Shown here: in pieces, positions 60,290 to 64,000 of the stretch
Numbering within the stretch: position 1 is the first letter of the stretch
Layout: each line of letters opens with the position of its first letter
Notes under the pieces: model-generated
The model's database searches: none
Told to the model about the DNA's origin: nothing
Seen by the model: only the letters and a program-made list of their open reading frames with translations
Virus record (IMG/VR): IMGVR_UViG_3300021140_000006
DNA length: 64,000 nucleotides
Reading direction: 5' to 3' (one strand)
Source: an uncultured virus (IMG/VR IMGVR_UViG_3300021140_000006)
Taxonomy: Duplodnaviria > Heunggongvirae > Uroviricota > Caudoviricetes
Made by a program: the position numbers and the translations under genes

Positions 60290-61072
60290 ATGACCAGCCA
60301 AACTATATATCAGCCAATCGTACCAACTTATCTCTATATCAAACAACATTCTATTACAGGAATGAAATATTTTGGCAAAACTTCAAAAGTCGATCCGTAC
60401 AAATATAACGGATCCGGCAAATATTGGAAAAGACATATAAAGAAATATGGCAAAGAATATATTGAAACTTTATGGATATCGGAACCATATTTCAATACAT
60501 CAATATCTGAATTTGCACTTAATTTTTCTATTGAATATAATATAATAGAATCTAAAGAATGGGCAAATCTAAAACTAGAAAATGGATTAGATGGCGGATC
60601 ATTTGGACCTCTTTCTGAAGAAACTAAAGCAAAAATATCAATGGTAAAGAAAGGAAAGAAACAGCCAAATGTATCTAAAGCAAAGAAAGGAAAGAAAACT
60701 GGTCCATGTACAGAAGAACGCAAAGTAAATATATCTAATGCACTAAAAGGTATTCCTAAACCAGAAGGATTTGGTGCTAAAATTTCTGTTGCTCTTATGG
60801 GTAAAATACAATCTATTGAATCTAATGCTAAAAGATCTGCTACAATGACTGGTAAGAAAAGAAGTCCTCACTTAGAAGAAACTAAAAATAAAATATCTGC
60901 TTCAAAGAAAGGTATTTCTAATGGACCTCGGTCAGAAGAATCAAAAGCAAAACAATCTGCTTCTACTAAAGGAATTCTTAAAATCAAATTCTTATCTATA
61001 ATTGAGACTAAAAAGACATATGATAAACCTAATTTATCCAAATACTATCCAGAGTTTAAAATGTATTACTAG
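60290..61072 (+). CDS. Free-standing GIY-YIG/Seg-like homing endonuclease, close paralogue of 39692-40450
   Basis: Very similar N-domain and C-terminus (SIIET.KTYDK.NLS..YPEFK.YY). Confidence 0.82.
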   Translation: MTSQTIYQPIVPTYLYIKQHSITGMKYFGKTSKVDPYKYNGSGKYWKRHIKKYGKEYIETLWISEPYFNTSISEFALNFSIEYNIIESKEWANLKLENGLDGGSFGPLSEETKAKISMVKKGKKQPNVSKAKKGKKTGPCTEERKVNISNALKGIPKPEGFGAKISVALMGKIQSIESNAKRSATMTGKKRSPHLEETKNKISASKKGISNGPRSEESKAKQSASTKGILKIKFLSIIETKKTYDKPNLSKYYPEFKMYY

Positions 61073-61114
61073 TTTGATAGTTGTAGATTCTACTAATGTT
61101 ATTATGGAGGCTAA

Positions 61115-61804
61115 ATGAGCCAAGTTTTTTATACTGGATGTGTTGAATCGAGAGCAGATCCACTTATGCTAGGCAGATGCCAAGTAAGAATTGTTGGATT
61201 GCATACTCATGATAAGGTATTGTTGCCAACAAAAGATTTACCATGGGCTCATCCTATGGGACCAATTACTAGTGCGTCGATGAATGGTATTGGTTGGTCA
61301 CCTACTGGAGTAGTTCAAGGTACTTGGGTTATTATTATATTCCTGGATGAATATCAACAGCAACCAATTATGCTTGGTACTATTGGTGGTATTCCAATGA
61401 CTCAATCTGCTGCATTAATTGCTGAAGTTACTAATGGTGTTGTATCGACCGACGAAGATGGTGATCTTATTAGTTCTACTGGAGATATCGTTACTGATTT
61501 AGTATCTCAGATTGCTGACGAAATCAATGCTGATTCGGGTACTGAACAGAAACGAGGTGACAAATACCAAATAAAAGCTGTTACAGTTCAGACATCTAAT
61601 GGTCCTGTTACTACTTATAATATTGTTAATATGGAAGATAGTACGATTATTGGCACTGCACTCATAAACGAATACACCAATCTATATGAAGTCACTTTAC
61701 TGAATCAAGAAAAATATACAGTAGAACAATATACTCCATTTGCATTACCGAAAGAATTTGATACTATAGATTCAATTTCTTCTTATTTCGAAACTAATTT
61801 TTAG
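61115..61804 (+). CDS. 5: gp5 N-terminal OB-fold part
   Basis: G.VESR.DPL.LGR.QVRIVGLH, LPWAHP, GTWV..F.D..QQPIMLGT. Confidence 0.88.
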   Translation: MSQVFYTGCVESRADPLMLGRCQVRIVGLHTHDKVLLPTKDLPWAHPMGPITSASMNGIGWSPTGVVQGTWVIIIFLDEYQQQPIMLGTIGGIPMTQSAALIAEVTNGVVSTDEDGDLISSTGDIVTDLVSQIADEINADSGTEQKRGDKYQIKAVTVQTSNGPVTTYNIVNMEDSTIIGTALINEYTNLYEVTLLNQEKYTVEQYTPFALPKEFDTIDSISSYFETNF

Positions 61805-61812
61805 GATACATT

Positions 61813-64000
61813 ATGGCAGATCCAATAGTAGATGCACCTATACCAGATACTCCGCCACCTGAAGCAAAACTGACTGGACACAAAGCCAAGATTGCTATGA
61901 AAGGTATTAAGGCAATCAAAGAACAAATGATTGCTGGAGGATTTACTTCAAAATATGCTCAATGTGCTATGTTGGCTATTGCTGGCGGTGAATCGTCTTG
62001 GCAATGTATTGGGGAATTCTGGCCACATAGTAAACAAAAACTACTAAGTGGTACGTTTAGTAATGTATCTGAAGCAGATGCAGAAAAATACAGTAAATTT
62101 AGCAAGAAGAATGGAAATACTGCTGTAGAATATTTTGGTTGGTTGTATGGTACTAGAAAACATAAACCAGCATCTGAAGGTAATTACTATGGTCGAGGTT
62201 ATATCCAACTGACTTTTTCAGATGCTTATAAAGCAATGTCAAAAAGGATAAATGATCCAACAATAGATTTATATGCAAATCCAGAATTACTTGAAGGTGA
62301 AAGTGATGAGGCAATTCTTACAAATGCAAAGTATGTTGTAGCATTTTTGAAATGGAAACTAAAGGATTGGAAAACTGTACAACACAATCCTGGATTTATG
62401 GATATTGCATTAAGTGCAGTTGGCGGTGATGATAAAAGATGGCCATTAAAGAGAAGATATAATGAATACTTTTTAGGTGGTAAACCTGCTCCTGCTCCGG
62501 CATCAGATAAAGATCCAGCTACATCTACTATTCAGAAGACTCCTAAAGAAATTGCTACTGCTCCTCCTCATAAGAAAGAAGCGTACACTGAATCAAGAGA
62601 AGAGAATTTTGATAAGAATGGTTTTACCGATCCAGAAGGTAAGTATCCTTTAAGGGATTACATGAATGAGCCAGATACCAATCGTCTTGCTCGTGGAATT
62701 CTTAAAGGTACAAATGTAGAATATAAAGACCAGACTAGACATAAATCAATACCAACTCCTAATGGAGGAAGTTACGAACAACCTAGAGCAGGATTTAGTT
62801 CTGTCTATCCATACAATAAAGTGTTTGAATCTGAAAGTGGTCATGTTCTTGAATTTGATGATAGTCCTGCTGGTGAGCGAGTAAACTTGTATCATAAGAA
62901 AGGTACATTCATTGAAATTGATGCTAATGGTACTCAAGTCAATCATATTATTGGCGATGGGTATTATATCGTAGAACATAATGGTAACATATTTGTTAAT
63001 GGATGTTGTAATATTACAATCAATGGTAATACCAATCTGTTATGTGGCGGAGATGCTACCGTTGAAGTAAATGGTACTAGTGATATTATTCTTCATAATG
63101 ATGCTAATATTGGTGTTGCTAAAGACTTGAATATTGCTGTCGGTGGTGACATGAATGTTCTTGTTGAAGGTAACTATAATCTTGAAGTTGGTAAGACATT
63201 CAATACTCGTACTGTTGGTACAATGTCTCTCGAATCCAATGATGCATTGAAATTGAAAACTCAAAAGAATATCAGTATGGAAGGTGGAGATACTCAATCT
63301 ACCGCTGAAACTCTTATGAAACTTTCAGGCGATATTAAAATAGAAACAGATGGTGCTTACCAAATTAAATCCAAATCATTCAAGTTAGATATTGCAGAAG
63401 CAATTGAAATCAAATCTAAAACATTACAATCGGATACTAGTGAAACACTTACACTTAATGCTACAGGCAATCTTGTTGGAAAGGGTAAGAAAATTAGTCT
63501 AAATGGTAGCGAATCACCAACAGCAATAAAAGCACTTGATAAACTTGGAGAGAAAAAGAAACCAGTTGATTTCAAAGGTGAAGAAATTAAAGACAGAGAT
63601 GAAGAACATGTCTTGGTAGACACAACACTGAATCCAGCTGGAAACTATAATCCAAATACATTAAACGATTCATTAGTAGATTCTATTCTTAATAACTTGC
63701 CTTTATCAGATACACTTAAAGGGATGTTAGGTAGTTCTAAACCAGACATATATGATAAAAAATATGCCGATGCTCCAGTTGAAAATAAAACATCATTGCA
63801 AGCTGCTGGTTCTACTAGAAATAGATTGGTACCACCTCCAATAGCAATCTCCAACAGTGCAATCATTGATAATTTACCATCGCCAGATAGAATATCAGAA
63901 ATGAGATATGATACTGAAGAAGATGCTTCTAGCGTAAAAGGTGCTAAAGCAATTGCTGCTCAAAATAATACAGAAGAAGCAAAGGATGAATTGTCAAATA
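61813..64000 (+). CDS. gp5 C-part: GH19-like lysozyme domain plus beta-helix needle (3'-partial, not in ORF track)
   Basis: Hand translation MADPIV...AGGES...YYGRGYIQLT...DPEGKYP...EPDTNRLARG...YPYNKVFESESGHVLEFDDSP..ER...H..GT, then VxG repeats. Confidence 0.85.
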   Translation, partial: MADPIVDAPIPDTPPPEAKLTGHKAKIAMKGIKAIKEQMIAGGFTSKYAQCAMLAIAGGESSWQCIGEFWPHSKQKLLSGTFSNVSEADAEKYSKFSKKNGNTAVEYFGWLYGTRKHKPASEGNYYGRGYIQLTFSDAYKAMSKRINDPTIDLYANPELLEGESDEAILTNAKYVVAFLKWKLKDWKTVQHNPGFMDIALSAVGGDDKRWPLKRRYNEYFLGGKPAPAPASDKDPATSTIQKTPKEIATAPPHKKEAYTESREENFDKNGFTDPEGKYPLRDYMNEPDTNRLARGILKGTNVEYKDQTRHKSIPTPNGGSYEQPRAGFSSVYPYNKVFESESGHVLEFDDSPAGERVNLYHKKGTFIEIDANGTQVNHIIGDGYYIVEHNGNIFVNGCCNITINGNTNLLCGGDATVEVNGTSDIILHNDANIGVAKDLNIAVGGDMNVLVEGNYNLEVGKTFNTRTVGTMSLESNDALKLKTQKNISMEGGDTQSTAETLMKLSGDIKIETDGAYQIKSKSFKLDIAEAIEIKSKTLQSDTSETLTLNATGNLVGKGKKISLNGSESPTAIKALDKLGEKKKPVDFKGEEIKDRDEEHVLVDTTLNPAGNYNPNTLNDSLVDSILNNLPLSDTLKGMLGSSKPDIYDKKYADAPVENKTSLQAAGSTRNRLVPPPIAISNSAIIDNLPSPDRISEMRYDTEEDASSVKGAKAIAAQNNTEEAKDELSN

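Noticed and set aside
61802..61813. TAG read-through or recoded genetic code joining the gp5 halves
   Set aside because: The downstream ORF is in another frame, and core genes are intact under the standard code

Overview
AT-rich segment of a large T4-like myovirus genome, probably with a Gram-negative host (embedded spanin pair). Layout: late structural and lysis genes (1-7223); nucleotide metabolism and replication genes mixed with many small early ORFs (7509-50760: nrdB, split nrdA, ligase, RNase H, AEP-like primase, dCMP deaminase, ThyA, DHFR, RNA ligase, PhoH, ClpP, gp33, gp59, gp32); then tail and baseplate genes (50807-64000). Main observations: (1) four dispersed GIY-YIG/Seg-like endonuclease genes share a covarying structured leader, three of them behind a TATAAATA late promoter; (2) a T TTT TTC slippery site links gp26-like and gp51-like frames just upstream of the tape-measure-like gene, as in lambda G/GT -1 frameshifting; (3) nrdA is fractured at its catalytic Cys by a split intein whose halves flank an HNH endonuclease; (4) two diverged ~200-bp non-coding inverted repeats 40 kb apart contain IHF-like sites; (5) 14 copies of an early promoter/RBS cassette; (6) gp5 is split in two and carries a GH19-like domain; (7) an RTX/T1SS-signal cassette. 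All calls come from reading motifs by eye; no database searches were run.
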